A stretch of DNA of 64,000 nucleotides from Octopus sinensis (Eukaryota). The position numbers and the translations under genes were made by a program. Under the pieces are notes generated by a model. It ran no database searches, was not told the origin of the DNA, and was given only the letters and a program-made list of their open reading frames with translations. Positions within the stretch are counted from its first letter, which is position 1; the number at the start of each line of letters is the position of its first letter. This document shows, one piece after another, positions 40,215 to 53,340 of the stretch. Location: positions 24,862,001-24,926,000 of the forward strand of contig NC_043022.1 of the NCBI RefSeq assembly GCF_006345805.1, in the 5' to 3' direction.

Positions 40215-40827
40215 TAGTATTAGGTGATGATCATCAAGCAAAAGCGACTGACTTGTGTTTTATTTTAATTATCGTTATTTGTTTATTTGATGTTATTGAA
40301 AACAAAAAGCATAAGTTATCAAGAAAGAGAATCAAATCAAATAAAATCAAATATGAGAGACGAACAGTAAGATGAATTTTTATGCTATTTCGTTTTATGT
40401 TATTTCTCATCAACATTATAACGAAACGATGTTAAACGAAGCAACGTTAAATGGTGACTACCTCTGATACGGTTCTAGAAAATATCTGCAATCTCGACAA
40501 ACTCTGTGTGCGGAACAGTTTCATTTTATTGTAATACATTTACTAGGCAGGCAGGCAGGCAGACAGTCTGACAGACAGACAGGCAGATTGGTAGATTGGT
40601 AGATAGATATACATACATATATATGCATATATAAATGCATACATACAATTGTAAAAAAAGCTAACAAGACAATATGGAAAATAATAGATAGAAAGCATAA
40701 AATTGGAACTTAGTCATGTATTTAATGAAATATATATATACATATATGCATACATAAATACACAGTCATAAATACACATGTATGTATGAGTGTGTGTGTG
40801 TGTGTGTGTGTGTACATATACATATAT

Positions 40828-40874
<47 letters not shown>

Positions 40875-40875
<1 letters not shown>

Positions 40876-41064
40876 TCTTTACTCTTTTACTTGTTTCAGC
40901 AAATTGACCCCAGAACTTGTTCTTTGTAAGCCTAGTACTTATTCTATCGGTCTTTTTTGCCGAACCGCTAAGTTACGGGGACGCAAACACATCGGCATCG
41001 GTTGTCAAGCGATGCTGGGGGGGGGGGACAAACAGACACACAAATATATACACACACATACATA

Positions 41065-41104
<40 letters not shown>

Positions 41105-41297
41105 CATACATATATATATATATATATACATATATGATGGGTTTCTTCCAGTTTCCGTCTACCAAATCCACTCACAAGGCTTTGGTCGACCCGAGGCTAT
41201 AGTAGAAGACACCTGCCCAAGGTGCCACGCAGTGGGACTGAATCTGGGACCATGTGGTTGGTAAGCAAGCTACTTACCACACAGCCACTCCTATGCC

Positions 41298-41298
<1 letters not shown>
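40875..41298 (-). mobile_element. SINE family B with a small tail deletion
   Basis: Head, microsatellite and tail. Confidence 0.85.
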
Positions 41299-41362
<64 letters not shown>

Positions 41363-41384
41363 TATATATGCATGTATATATAAG

Positions 41385-42105
41385 CAGTTGAAATTTACAG
41401 AAAAACAAATGACGAAGACAGGTGTAGGAACAACAAGCAGGTGTATTAGTTTGACGCTCCTCTTGTTTCTATCTCTCCTGACTGGGGTGTCATTGCCAAG
41501 TCTGATGTCTCAGAGGTGCTCCACGAACTGGCCAGCCAAGTGGCGTCCCGTTTGACCAATATACAGAGAGGGGCAGAAAGAGCAGGAGATGCAATAAATG
41601 ACGTTGCTAGAAATGCGGGTAAAGGAGTCGGTGGTATGATACGGATGATGTTGGATGCCTATGAAGGGGTCGGACTGGAGTCGCTGGAAGACTCGGAAAA
41701 TGGTGCGGTGGAGGGGTGGTAAGTGAGGGGAAATGGGAGATGACAATGGCGGGGCGGGTGCGGGAAGAGAGAGCAGAGGTATTGTCCACGGAACGTGCTC
41801 TGGCGATGGCTTTGTGGATAATGGTGAGGAGATATCCACGAAGGATGAAGTGGCGAGCCATGTGTTGAGTCTGAACCTGCGCAGACGGAGGAATTGAGAG
41901 TAGGGGATGGAGAGCTTGGTGAGGGTAGGGTGAGAAGAGGAGAAGTTAAGGTGAGTGTGAGTCGGTGTGTTTGTAGTGGATGCAAGTAGTGAGAGCAGAG
42001 TTGTGTGTGTTGACTGAAATGTCGAGAAATGCGACAGAAGTGTTGGAAACAGTATAGGAGTATTCGAGGGCAGGGTGGAAGGATTGGACAAATGAGAGGA
42101 AGGAG
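41385..42105 (-). mobile_element. Penelope-like element fragment (RT thumb + GIY-YIG endonuclease + pLTR piece)
   Basis: IPYSQFLRLRR, FILRGY and SSNVIYCISCSFCPSLYIGQTGRHLAGQFVEHL; flanked on both sides by (TA)n. Confidence 0.9.
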
Positions 42106-42533
42106 TCTATATATATATATACACACAGATATACATATATATGTATATATGTATGCATCTAATTTTATATATATATATACAAACATGATTTTTTTGTATA
42201 TATATATATATATATACAGATAGATAGATGTATGTCTAAGTGTATGCGTGCATATGTTATATGAATACATATAGATATATGTATATATTGAAATTCATGC
42301 ATGTATGTATATATCTACATACACACACACATGTATATATATATATATGTGTGTGTGTGTATGGGTATGTGTGTGTGTGTATGGGTATGTGTGTGGTGTG
42401 TATGGGTATGTGTGTGTGTATATATGCATATATATAAATATATACATACATACATATATGCATATATACGTAAATATATACTTCATATACATACATAAAT
42501 ATATAATATATATATATATACATATACATACAT

Positions 42534-42564
<31 letters not shown>

Positions 42565-42602
42565 TAATATATATATATATATATGTATATATATAATATA
42601 TG

Positions 42603-42711
<109 letters not shown>

Positions 42712-43160
42712 ATGTATGTATGTATGTATGTATATATATGTATGTATATATTCGTTAGGGCTGTGCGAAAGCTGTCTCCTCTCACCGCAGGAACAGCGCA
42801 ACGAATGAGGAGGTCTGCCATGTCGGTTGAATGAACGCTGATGAAGCTACTTATGAACTGTTTGGTTTAAGTTAATGACAAACGTAATTAGAAAAGTTGA
42901 AACACTTAATGGTTGACTGCTTAGCTGTTGATGACTCGTTAGATCGCTGGTTGCTTTCAAACCAGCAAACATTTACCATGAAAATGTTGGTTATGTTAGT
43001 GTCAATATGTTTTATAGAGAGAGCATTGTAGAACTAAACAGAAATAATTATATGATGAAGAATTACAACATTAGTGAAATATTATTTACACGTTTACATA
43101 CTCAGATCGTAAAGACGGACGAAATGCCGCTAAGCATTATGCTGGGTCATATCAAGAATA

Positions 43161-44547
43161 TGTTTCTTTATTAGCCACACAGGGTTGAACAGAGAGGGCA
43201 CAAATTTCAAAGTAGAGCTTTTCTTTTGGGGGAGAAAAAAAAAAAAAAGATTAAAAAATAAAAAAGGGGGGGGGTAGATTTTTGATCAAAAGGGATCGTA
43301 AAAAGAGAAAAAAAAACGATCAATAGGGATCGTGTATCACAGAAATGTCATGATGTAACGTGTAAAGGGGGAAGCAGGTAAGGTTTATCCGTGGAAAGAA
43401 AAGCCTACGGAAAAGACCACGGTAACCTCGGTCAATAATGTCACATGTTAACACATTTACTTGCAAGTAACTCTCTGTTTTAAATTTTTCCGGGTTCAAA
43501 GGATTATGCTCAAGGTGGCTTCGTGTTTGGGGGAGAAAAAAAAGAAAAGAAAAATAAAATTAAAAAATAAAAAAGGGGTAGGTTTTCGATCAAAAGGGAT
43601 CATAAAAAGAGAGAAAAACAAACGATCAATTGGGATCGTGTATCACAGAAATGTCATGATGTAACGTGTAAAGGGGAAGCAGATAAGGTTTATCCGTGGA
43701 AAGAAAAGCCTACGGAAAAGACCACGGTAACCTCGGTCAATAATGTCACATGTTAACACATTTACTTGCAAGTAACTCTGTTTTAAATTTTTCCGGGTTC
43801 AAAGGATTATGCTCAAGGTGGCTTCGTGTTTGGGGGAGAAAAAAAAGAAAAGAAAAAGAAAAGAAAAAAAGAAAAAAGGGGTAGGTTTTCGATCAAAAGG
43901 GATCATAAAAAGAGAGAAAAAAAAACGATCAATTGGGATCGTGTATCACAGAATTGTCATGATGTAACATGTAAAGGGGGGAGCAGGTAAGGTTTATCCG
44001 TGGAAAGAAAAGCCTACGGAAAAGACCACAGTAACCTCGGTCAATAATGTCACATGTTAACACATTTATTTGCAAGTAAGTAACTCTCTGTTTTAAATTT
44101 TTCCGGGTTCATAGGATTATGCTCAAGGTGCTTCGTCTTTGGGGGAGAAAAAAAATTAAATTAAAATAAAATAAAAAAATAAAAAGGGGGGTAGGTTTTC
44201 GATTAAAAGAGATTGTAAAAAGAGAAAAAAAAACGATCAATAGTGATCGTATATCACAGAAATGTCATGATGTAACGTGTAAAGGGGGAAGCAGATCAGG
44301 TTTATCCGTGGAAAGAAAAGCCTACGGAAAAGACCACGGTAACCTCGGTCAATAATGTCACATGTTAACACATTTATTCACAAGTAAGTAACTCTCTGTT
44401 TTAAAATTTCCCGGGTTCATAGGATTATGCTCAAGGTGGCTTCGTCATCCATATGTGCCATCCTTGCTACATTCACCCATCTTTTTTTGAAACATTCGCT
44501 AGACAAAACTTGCCTCTCTAATCCCACTTTCCTTTTCAAGTGATACT
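43161..44547 (-). mobile_element. 5'-truncated L1/Tx1-type LINE with four tandem ~305-bp 3' units and an 11-bp TSD
   Basis: TSD TATCAAGAATA at 43150-43160 and 44548-44558. Minus-strand peptide YHLKRKVGLERQVLSSECFKKRWVNVARMAHMDDEATLSIIL* resembles the Tx1-type ORF2 C-terminus (from memory). GGTTTATCCGTGG recurs at about 43382, 43688, 43991 and 44299. Confidence 0.8.
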
Positions 44548-44664
44548 TATCAAGAATAAATATACAAGCCATCGTGTTGAATCTCACTCTTCACTGTACA
44601 TATGGCAGTTTATTATTAATATCTCTTGTTATACTTAATTTATTTTTTACCTTTTTCCCCACAG

Positions 44665-44804
44665 ATGGCAATGGTACACAGTCGACGTGTAACCGCCATT
44701 GTTACAGGCATAATTCACAGAGCAAATATTTGCAAACTGAAAATTGTACGGAGAGGACCCAGCATAGGTTTTTGTCTTGCTATAATCTCATTGGCAAAAC
44801 TTAG
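44665..44804 (+). pseudogene. Second copy of the Cys-rich exon candidate (xGNGTQSTCNRHCYRHNSQSKYLQTENCTERTQHRFLSCYNLIGKT*)
   Basis: Near-identical to 39041-39127 including the acceptor; diverges after ...GAAAATTGTAC. Confidence 0.4.
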
Positions 44805-45328
44805 CCTTCATTGTATTTACTATGAAAAAATTATTGTAAATTTATCAGAGTAGGAAATTAGAGCTGTTTGAGATGAAATTCGTTTGAGACGATACCTTCA
44901 TGAAAATTTTAAAGTTAAGTTAGTGTAGTTCAAAAAACAATGGGTACTTGGAACTCCGACCACGAGTCCGCTGCCCTAACCACTGGACCATTGCGCTTCC
45001 ACATTTTGTAATCTAAGGAATTAGAAACTGTTTGATTAAAATTTCAGACTGAAGGCCAAGGTTCTAAAGATTTAGGTATGGTGTCATAAAGGATAATGAT
45101 TTAAGGTTGGTGCTCTGATGATATACATTCTGTCAGTTATAAAGCTGGTGATTTGAGGATGTACGTACTGTAGCAGTGAGTGCTGTGTCTGAATGCATGT
45201 TGTGTGTTAGAGATTTGAGAATTAATGCAAGCAATATAATTGAGCAGATAATGACTTAGTGGTTAGGCTGTTGCACTCTTTACATTATTTACATTTGATG
45301 GATATTTGCCCTCATCTTGTTTGTTGTT

Positions 45329-45374
45329 AACACAACGTTTCGGCTGATATACCCTCCAGCCTTCATCAGGTGTC
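45329..45374 (-). ncRNA. Minimal hammerhead ribozyme in a Penelope-like terminal-repeat fragment (45280-45425)
   Basis: GACAC-CUGAUGA-A-GGCUG-(10 nt)-CAGCC-GAAAC-GUU-GUGUU: intact core, 5-bp stem I, 5-bp stem II. Confidence 0.7.
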
Positions 45375-45819
45375 TTGAGGAAATTTTGAACCGGAGTTCT
45401 CATTCCTAAGGTATTTTTCGATGTTATTATTATTATTTATTATCATTATTTATTATTATTATTTTCTTCTTCTTCTTCTTCTTCTCTTCTTCTTCTTCTT
45501 ATTATTATTATTATTATTACTGAGTGAGAGAGCAGTGCATGCCATCAAAGTGACACTGGGGTAATATATACGAAGCCCATTATACCCATCATGACTACCC
45601 TTCTGATAAGAGTACACCAGGCACATGCATCACAACTATATGTGCACGACGTAGTGATCTCATATCAACATTAACAGTGCATGACCTTGCAGGTGGGGCC
45701 CCGTTAGAATTTTCTTCAAATCGAGTAGCCCATCCTGCTCAAAAGATCCCTGAATAAGGGTTGTTTGAGGATTTTGAACGAAACCCCTATGTTCACAAAG
45801 GTGAATTATTCAAGCCCCA

Positions 45820-46120
45820 AAGGTACTCTTTCATTGAGATTCGAGACCTACCTCAGTAGTTTTGTCAGTAAGGTACTCTTTCATTGAGATTGGAGATGTA
45901 CCTCAGTAGTTTTGTGAGTAAGGTACTCTTTCATTGAGATTCGAGATGTACCTCAGTAGTTTTGCAATTAAGGTACTCTTTCATTGAGATTTGAGACATA
46001 CCTCAGTAGTTTTGTAACTAAGGTACTCTTTCACTGAGATTTGAGACATACTTCTGTATGTTTTGTGACTAAGGTACTCTTTCATTGAGATTTGAGACGT
46101 TATCCTTGTAGTCTTGTGAT
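45820..46120. repeat. Six copies of a 50-bp unit
   Basis: AGGTACTCTTTCA(T/C)TGAGAT at 45821, 45871, 45921, 45971, 46021 and 46072. Confidence 0.92.
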
Positions 46121-47199
46121 ATAGGTACGCAGTCATAGAGATATGAGCAGTCAGTGGGATCTTAGACTTAATGCCTAGCATACAAAATTTACACAAGTCA
46201 TTAATATTTCAGTCGTAAGACCCATCATCAGCGGTTTTACATGTTGTGTCAGTGGGATTTTAGACTTAACGCCAGTGATCTAATCATGCATATACTATAT
46301 CCATGAGATTTTAGACTTAAAACCAATAATCCAAGGATTTATATACTGTATCAATGAGATTTGATCTTAAGGCTTGCGATGAGATACCCTATCATTAATA
46401 TTTCAGAACAAAGGCCATGGATCTAAAGATTTGAATATTTTGTCATATTGATTTGGGACTTAAGGTGAGTGATCAAAATCTGTACTTACTCTGTCACTGA
46501 GATTTATGAGTTAAGACTAGTAATTTAAAGATTTAGTGAGTTTTGAATCATAACGTCACTGATGTAAATATTTACATACTGAATCGTGAAGAGTGATCAA
46601 TTGGTTTATATAACTTGTCACAGAGGTTTGTGAATTAAGCCTTGTGATCTAAGCATTTAGATACAGTGTCAGATCTAAGGCTTAAGGGTGATGATCTAAT
46701 GGGTTTCTGAATTATGCTTTGTAATCGAAACATTTGAACACAGTGTCAGTTAAATTTGAGACTTAAGTCTAGTGATTTAGATATTGTGTCAGTGAAGTTT
46801 GAAGCTCAAGACCAGTGTTCTGTGTTTACAAATTTAGATACCAGGTTAATAATATTTGTATTATAACACCTGTAATGTAAATATTTACACGCCAGGTGAA
46901 GTGGACTTTCTACATAAAAGAAGTAATTAAAATTTTTAGACCCGTGACTAATGAATTTGATAGTGACTCATTGAGATTTAAGACTTAAGACATGTGATCT
47001 AATGATTTAAATAGCTTTTCAGTGACTGACTTAAAGCTTCTAATCTATGGATTTAGATAGTTTGTCAATCAGATTTGAGTCTTAAAGTCAGTGATCTAAG
47101 TATTTGCACAGTGTGTCATACTTATTTGAGAAATAAACCTTTTGATCTATAAATTTATGTATTGTGACACTGAGATTTGAGTGACTAGTGATCTAAATA

Positions 47200-47251
47200 C
47201 CGTAAATCCTCGAGTATAATCCACACTTTTTTCCCAAAATTTAAAGGTCAA
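47200..47251. mobile_element. Terminal fragment of the pogo-like element family seen at 29482-30139
   Basis: TA followed by CCGTAAATCCTCGAGTATAATCCAC...AATTTAAAGGTCAA, the reverse complement of 30090-30139. Confidence 0.8.
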
Positions 47252-48365
47252 TGCTGACCCCAGATCTTGTTCATTTTCCTGAACACTGCCCTTGCACAAC
47301 CGATTAAGAAATAGGCCTGTAATAAAAGGGTTTAGAAACTTAGAATTGAGCTGTGGGATCATTGAACCAAGGATTTATATGGTATGTCAATGACCTTTGA
47401 GATTTAAGACCAGTGATCTAAATATTTGTACTGCATAACACTGAGACTTCCGGTTTAGTGTCACTAAAATTGACTGTTAAGCCTAATGGCTTAATGACTA
47501 AGACTAGATGCTACTGATCTAATAATTTTAAATAATGTGTCGCTGAATGTAGATTTAAGTATGTACATAGCAATTCATAGAAGTTTCAGAATTCAGGCCA
47601 GTGATCTAAATGATTACATAATGTGTCGTTTAAATTTGAAACGTACTGCCAGCATTCTAAACATTTAGATGACGTGACATTGAAGCTTACGATTCAAGGC
47701 CTGTGGTTTTCGTTTAGTGAGATTTGAGTCTTAACTCCGGCGAACCAATGATTTAGATTCTGTGGCATTAATATTTGAGATCCAAAGCCTGTGTTCAAAT
47801 CAATTATGCAGTCTGTCGATGAGATCTTAGACTCAAAGCCAGTAATCTTAAGTTTTACTGCAACATTTAAAGTTGAGATGTACGACTAGCGATCTTTGGA
47901 TAATATGACATTGAAGTTTGCAACTCAAGGCCAGTGATTTAGCGATTTACATTCCATATAATTAAGCTCTAAGACTTAAAGCCCTTATATCAAGGATTTA
48001 GATAATGCATAATTAATATTTGAAAATTAAAGCCTGCGTTCTAATGGTTTATAAAGTCTGTCAGTGATATTTGAGACTTAAACCGTTGATCTAAAGTTTA
48101 GCATATTCTCATTTAAATCTGAGATGTGAAGGAAATGATGTAGCGATGTAAAGACTGAGCCGACAATGTTTTCGATTTAAGGCTAGGATCGAAGGATTTA
48201 CATATTATGTCATTAATATATCAAACTTTAGACCAGTACACCAGTTATATAAATATATTGTATTATTGAGATTTGAGCTTTAAGGCCAGTAATGAATGGA
48301 TTTCCTACTGAGTCACTTAAACTTGAGACGTTAGGACTGTAATCCAAGAATTTAGACAGTATGTC

Positions 48366-48648
48366 TTACACTTTTGATCCATAGAGTATATTGGCCAGGA
48401 TACTGGGGTAGGTGGCCAGGTCTTTCCCCATATTATGCGGAGAAAATCCCTGGAGAAGGACATCATGCTCGGAATGGTCAGTGGCAAGAGAGGAATAGGC
48501 CGACCAAGAACCCGCTGGCTTGACACCATCAAGAGTGATACCGGAATGGACATAGCCAATCTGAAAGAAGCAGCCCAGGATAGAACTGACTGGAGGACAC
48601 TGATCCAACGAGTGACCGAGAGTCGACTTCGACTGAGCGGATAGAGAG
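48366..48648 (+). mobile_element. RTE (BovB-like) 3' end with an inverted 5' segment
   Basis: SLEKDIMLGMVSGKRGIGRPRTRWLDTI...DRTDWR; approximate 12-bp TSD AGACAGT(A/G)TGTC at 48354-48365 and 48649-48660. Confidence 0.85.
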
Positions 48649-48714
48649 AGACAGTGTGTCAATGAAATCTGAGATTTAAGTTCAATGGCCTAAAGATTTA
48701 CTTGCCGGTCATTT

Positions 48715-49235
48715 AACTCCCATCTCATCTCATTTTTTTCGCTCTCTTATTTTTGGGAAGGTCGTGGGGCAAAGTCCTCAAGCATGCATTCCATCAGGTG
48801 CTGTCAGAAACGACCGTCTCCAATTGATCCAGCCCAATCTCCAAGTGAGACCGATGGAGATCATGGATGTTATCCAATTATCTGGCTTGTAGTCAACTCC
48901 TGGGTCTCCTGCCGATTGCTTTCTCCCGTAAAACCTGCCAGATCACGTGATTTCAACCTTGTTTGGCCTTGTCAATGATGGACACTCAACCGCTAGAGAT
49001 AGCAGTGATTCATCTCCCGGCCAGCGATATACAGAGTAACAGTGCCAATACATTCTTACCACATGTCGGAGCTGTAATCTCTTAATCCGGAGAAGTTGCG
49101 ATTCAATCTGGAGAGCCTCTCTGATCTCCCAGCTACGTACCCTATTGAGTAACGTTACTCCAAAGACTCTTTCGGAGTCATTTAATTCTTCTACCAAATT
49201 CTCGATAACAATTTGAGACCTCCTGCAATTCACAG
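48715..49235 (-). mobile_element. Decayed RTE 3' fragment interrupted by a dispersed repeat
   Basis: GVTLLNRVRSWEIREALQIESQLLRIKRLQLR matches RTE ..TL.DRVR...IRE.L.+EP.LL.IER.QLRW. Confidence 0.65.
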
Positions 49236-50616
49236 TGTCTCGCTGTGGATTTAGATATTATATCAGTTGTCCGAATCACATGACAGGTGACGATCATTTA
49301 GAAAATGCACAGGCTAAAACTACGCGCCTTCACTAGTCAGTTAAGGTGAGACAGTATCACATGACAACTTGCTGGGGTTGCTTGCTGGAGCCTAGTGGCA
49401 GGTATTTAGAGGGAAAAATTTGACAAGTCAGTCAGTCACCGGCTGACACTTGCTGACGATACATTGAAGAGGCCAGGGAACAGAAGAAAGAAGACATGCA
49501 CCCAACACCAGAGCTGAAGACACCTACGAAAGGGGGAGCCCCACCACGTCAAAACGGTAGGGGCCGAAACCGGACGTGGTTCCTCCTGATGATGTCTTGA
49601 GTTAACTGGATCCTATAAAGGAGCTGTTGTGGTAGCAGACCACGAAACACAGTTGTAATTCCACCCTTGGTCCAATGTGTTCAATCTTTAATGACAGCCA
49701 CTCTTAAGCTCAACGGTTTAAGGATTAAGATAGGATTAAGATAAAAACTAACTACAGATGATATATTTTTAATCCAGTGAATGGTCCTAGCAGTTAAACT
49801 CACCTGAAAGTTTACATACAAGAAAAGCTTCAGTAGAATTTGAGGCACAGGGATCAATAATGAAAATATTTACACACAGACTAAGTATTTGTGACTGAAG
49901 ATCAATGCCATAAATATCAACAGCCAGCCAGTGATTGACTTCTTTAGCCTCAATCTCATTATTGATTTTAAAATTCAATATTTACACATTGTCTCATTAG
50001 AGATATTAAAGCTCAGACAAGTGATCTTATTCGAAAGACACATTCATTTATGAATGTTGTAAATCATTGGACAAAATGTCACAGATGATTTCAGACTAAA
50101 GGCTGGCGATTAAATGATTTAGACACAGCGTCGTAAAAGATTTAAAACCTCGCTCAATGATCAAAAATATTTGAACAGACTTTGACTAAGGATATAAACT
50201 TAATGCTAGTGATTTAAGTCCTTTATACACTGAGAGATAATATTTATGCCCACTTAAACACGGATGTTCGGTTAAGACAAACTATACTGCGGTAGGTACC
50301 ATGAGAGAAATTCTCATATTGACTTTTGGTGCAAAATGTGCCCTTGTTTATATTACTAATGGGGAGACAAGTCGCCGCCACCTCCAGCGCCAAAACTGCC
50401 AGATCACGTGATTTCAACCTTGTTTAGTCTCATCAGTGATGGACACTTGACCGCTAGAGATAGCAGCGATTCATCTCCCGGCCAGCGGTATACAGAGTAA
50501 CAGTGCCAAAACAGGCACTGGTGTCACACGATGAGCCAGTTAGCTTGTTTAAAAATATATATATTAGCGACAGAAACAGTGTTAATGCCAAGAGGTAACA
50601 TTAATCCCCACTTAAA

Positions 50617-50989
50617 GGCAGCGAGCTGGCAGAGTCGTTAGCATGTCAGGGAAAAATGCTTAACGGCATTTTGTCTGTCTGCACGTTCTGTATTCAAATT
50701 CCACCGAGGTCGAACTTTTCCTTTCATCCCTTCCAGGGGTGGATAAATTAAGTACCAGTTGAACACTGGGGTCGATGTAATCGACTAGCACCCGTCCCCC
50801 AAATTCCTGGCCTCGTGCCAAAATTTGAAACCAATACTTATCCCCACTTTTCCACCGAGGTCGACTTTTCCTTTCATCCCTTCCAGGGGTCGATAAATTA
50901 AGTACCAGTTGAACACTGGGGTCGATGTAATCGACTAGCACTCTTCCCCAAAATTCCTGGCCTTGTGTCAAAATTTGAAACCAATACTT
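50617..50989 (+). mobile_element. SINE family C with an internal ~162-bp duplication and a 13-bp TSD
   Basis: ATCCCCACTTAAA at 50604-50616 and 50990-51002. Confidence 0.85.
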
Positions 50990-53340
50990 ATCCCCACTTA
51001 AACGTGGATATTCTGGTAAAACAAACTATACTACGGTAGTTACCATGAGGGAAACTATCATGTCTTTTGATGGCGGCAATCTGGCAGAAACGTTAGTACA
51101 CCAGGCGAAATGTTTAGCGGTTTTTCGTCTGCTGCTACGTTCTGAGTTCAAATTCCGCCGAGGTCGACTTTGCCTTTCATCCTTTCGGGGTCAATGAAAT
51201 AAGTACCAGTTATGCACTGGGGTCGATGTAATCGACTTAATCCATTCGTCTGTCCTTGTTTGTCCCCTCTGTGTTTAGCCCCTTGTGGGCAATAAAGAAA
51301 TAGGTATTTCGTCTGCCGCTACGTTTTGAGTTCAAATATATATACCCACGACAGTGTTCTTTGAGTTCTGTCAACCAAATCTACAATAGAAGATACTTGC
51401 CTAAGGTGTCCCGCAGTGGGACTGAACTCAGAACCCTGTGGTTGGAAAATAGACTTCTTACCACACAACCACTCCTGAAGATTTTTAAAGATTTATAGCC
51501 TGTACACATAATTTGCACTCGTTGCCCTAGGGTATTTTGAGATCTCAAATCGATGACCTGATTTTAGAAATCAATAATGATATTGATTGGAGATAAGGCA
51601 GTGTGCTGGCAGAATCGTTAGCATGCCGGGCAAAATGCTTAGCGACATTTTGCCTGCCTTTATGTTCTGAGTTCAAATTCCACCGGGATCGACCTCGACT
51701 TTCATCCTTTCGGGGTCGATAAAGTAAGTACCAGTTGAGCACTGGAGTCGATATAATCAACTTACCTCCTCCCCATGAAATTACTGGCCTTGTGCTAAAA
51801 TTTGAAATCAATATATTTCCAGCAGATTCAAACATAGATATGCTATTCGCTGTTGTGTCCGACGATTGGCCGATGTCAGTCCGGATCAGTGAACAAACTG
51901 CGATTATAAACAAGACCATCGGTCAGATAATCAACTTATTCCACCGCCAAACTTGCAGGCATTGTGTTAAAATTTGATATCAATATTGATTATAGACCGA
52001 AGGCCAGTTGCACAGTTTCATAAGTGATTTTAGACCTTAGATCAATGATATAAATCTTTAATCGTTGTATGAAATTTAAGTATTAAGGAGAGTGATTTAA
52101 CGATTTAGATGTAGATCCATGAATATTTTAGCCTGAAAGCGATTAATCTGTATATTTAGTTTCTGCCGTACTAAAAATATAAGGTTTTCATTCACCGATC
52201 TAAGTATTTAGTTAATGACTAATAGTATAGCCCAGGGTGGCTTGGGTTTGTTTTCTTTTCGACCCTTTAGAATTGGAATTTTTGAAAAGTAAAAAGTTTG
52301 CCTTATGTAGTTTGTTATTCTCTTTAAGGGAACATTTTTCTGGTTGAAATACTCTGAAAAATGACAACACAGTAGTCAAAAAATCGTAAAAAATAGGGAT
52401 TTTCATAGAAAAAAAGCACCTTTTTGATGTAAATAATTTTTGGTCTTAACATGGTCCGATTTGAATTTTTTCTTCTACGGAATGAAGAGCAAGCCTTCTA
52501 TCATACTCTCAATTTTGGTCAACTTGCGCTGCAGGGTCTCGGAGGAGATAGTATTAGTTGAAGGCTACCATACCTGCCATACACACAGACAAATTCAGCT
52601 TCATATATATAGACTAAGACACAGTCTCATTTGGATTTTAGATTCAACAGAGGTCTAACATTTTAGGCTTAAAAGCGAAATCTAGTAACCTAAATCTTTA
52701 GAGACAGTTCTGATTGCAATTTCTCAAATCGCAAGTAATAGAAGCAGTGATCTGAATTTTGCGATGCAGTCGAATTATTGATTTTATTCCTTAAATCAAT
52801 GATTATAACATTTACAAGCTGTCTCATCTGCATTTTATCAGCCAGGAACTGGATCTTAATATTCAGGCATGTATATTAGGCGACGAGCAGGGTGAATCGT
52901 TACCAGTCTGGAAAAAATACGTAGCGGCATTTCTTCCGTTTTTACGTTCTGGGTTCAAATGTCGTCAGGGCCAACTTTGCCTTTCATGCTTTCAGGGTCT
53001 ATTAAGTAAGTACCAATTGAGCACCTGGGGGTCAACGTAATCGACTTACTCCCTCCTCCAAACTTGTTGGCCTTGTTTTAAAATTTGAAAACAATATTCT
53101 GGCATATATTTATTTCTTTATTGCCCACAAGGGGCTAAAAACAGAAGGGACAAACAAGGACAGGCGAAGGGATTAAGTCCATTACATCGACCCCAGTGCG
53201 TAACTGGTACTTAATTTATCAACCCCGAAAGGATGAAAGGCAAAGCCAAACTCGGCGGAAGTTGAACTCAGAACGTAACGGCAGATGAAATACGGCTACG
53301 AATTTCGCCCGGCGTCCTAACGTCTCTGCCAGCTCACCTG

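Larger units (their letters stand above)
45000..52860 (-). repeat. Old degenerate ~50-52 bp tandem repeat (reverse orientation), interrupted by many insertions
   Basis: Recurring GAGATTT(T)AGACT(T/C)AAGGCCAGTGATCTAAA is the reverse complement of the 55.7-62 kb satellite monomer. Confidence 0.7.

Noticed and set aside
49514-49575. CTGAAGA...CCTAC/GTAGG...GAAAC hammerhead-like motif within an unassigned 49.27-49.69 kb segment
   Set aside because: Stem II is out of register, the triplet is GAC rather than NUH, and there is no stem I. No LTR termini or TSD were found for the segment.
50245-50600. Dispersed repeat shared with ~1955-2200, 48935-49052 and 51003-51065, considered as a piggyBac-like MITE
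   Set aside because: The similarity between copies is real, but I could not define TIRs or a TSD, so it is left unclassified.
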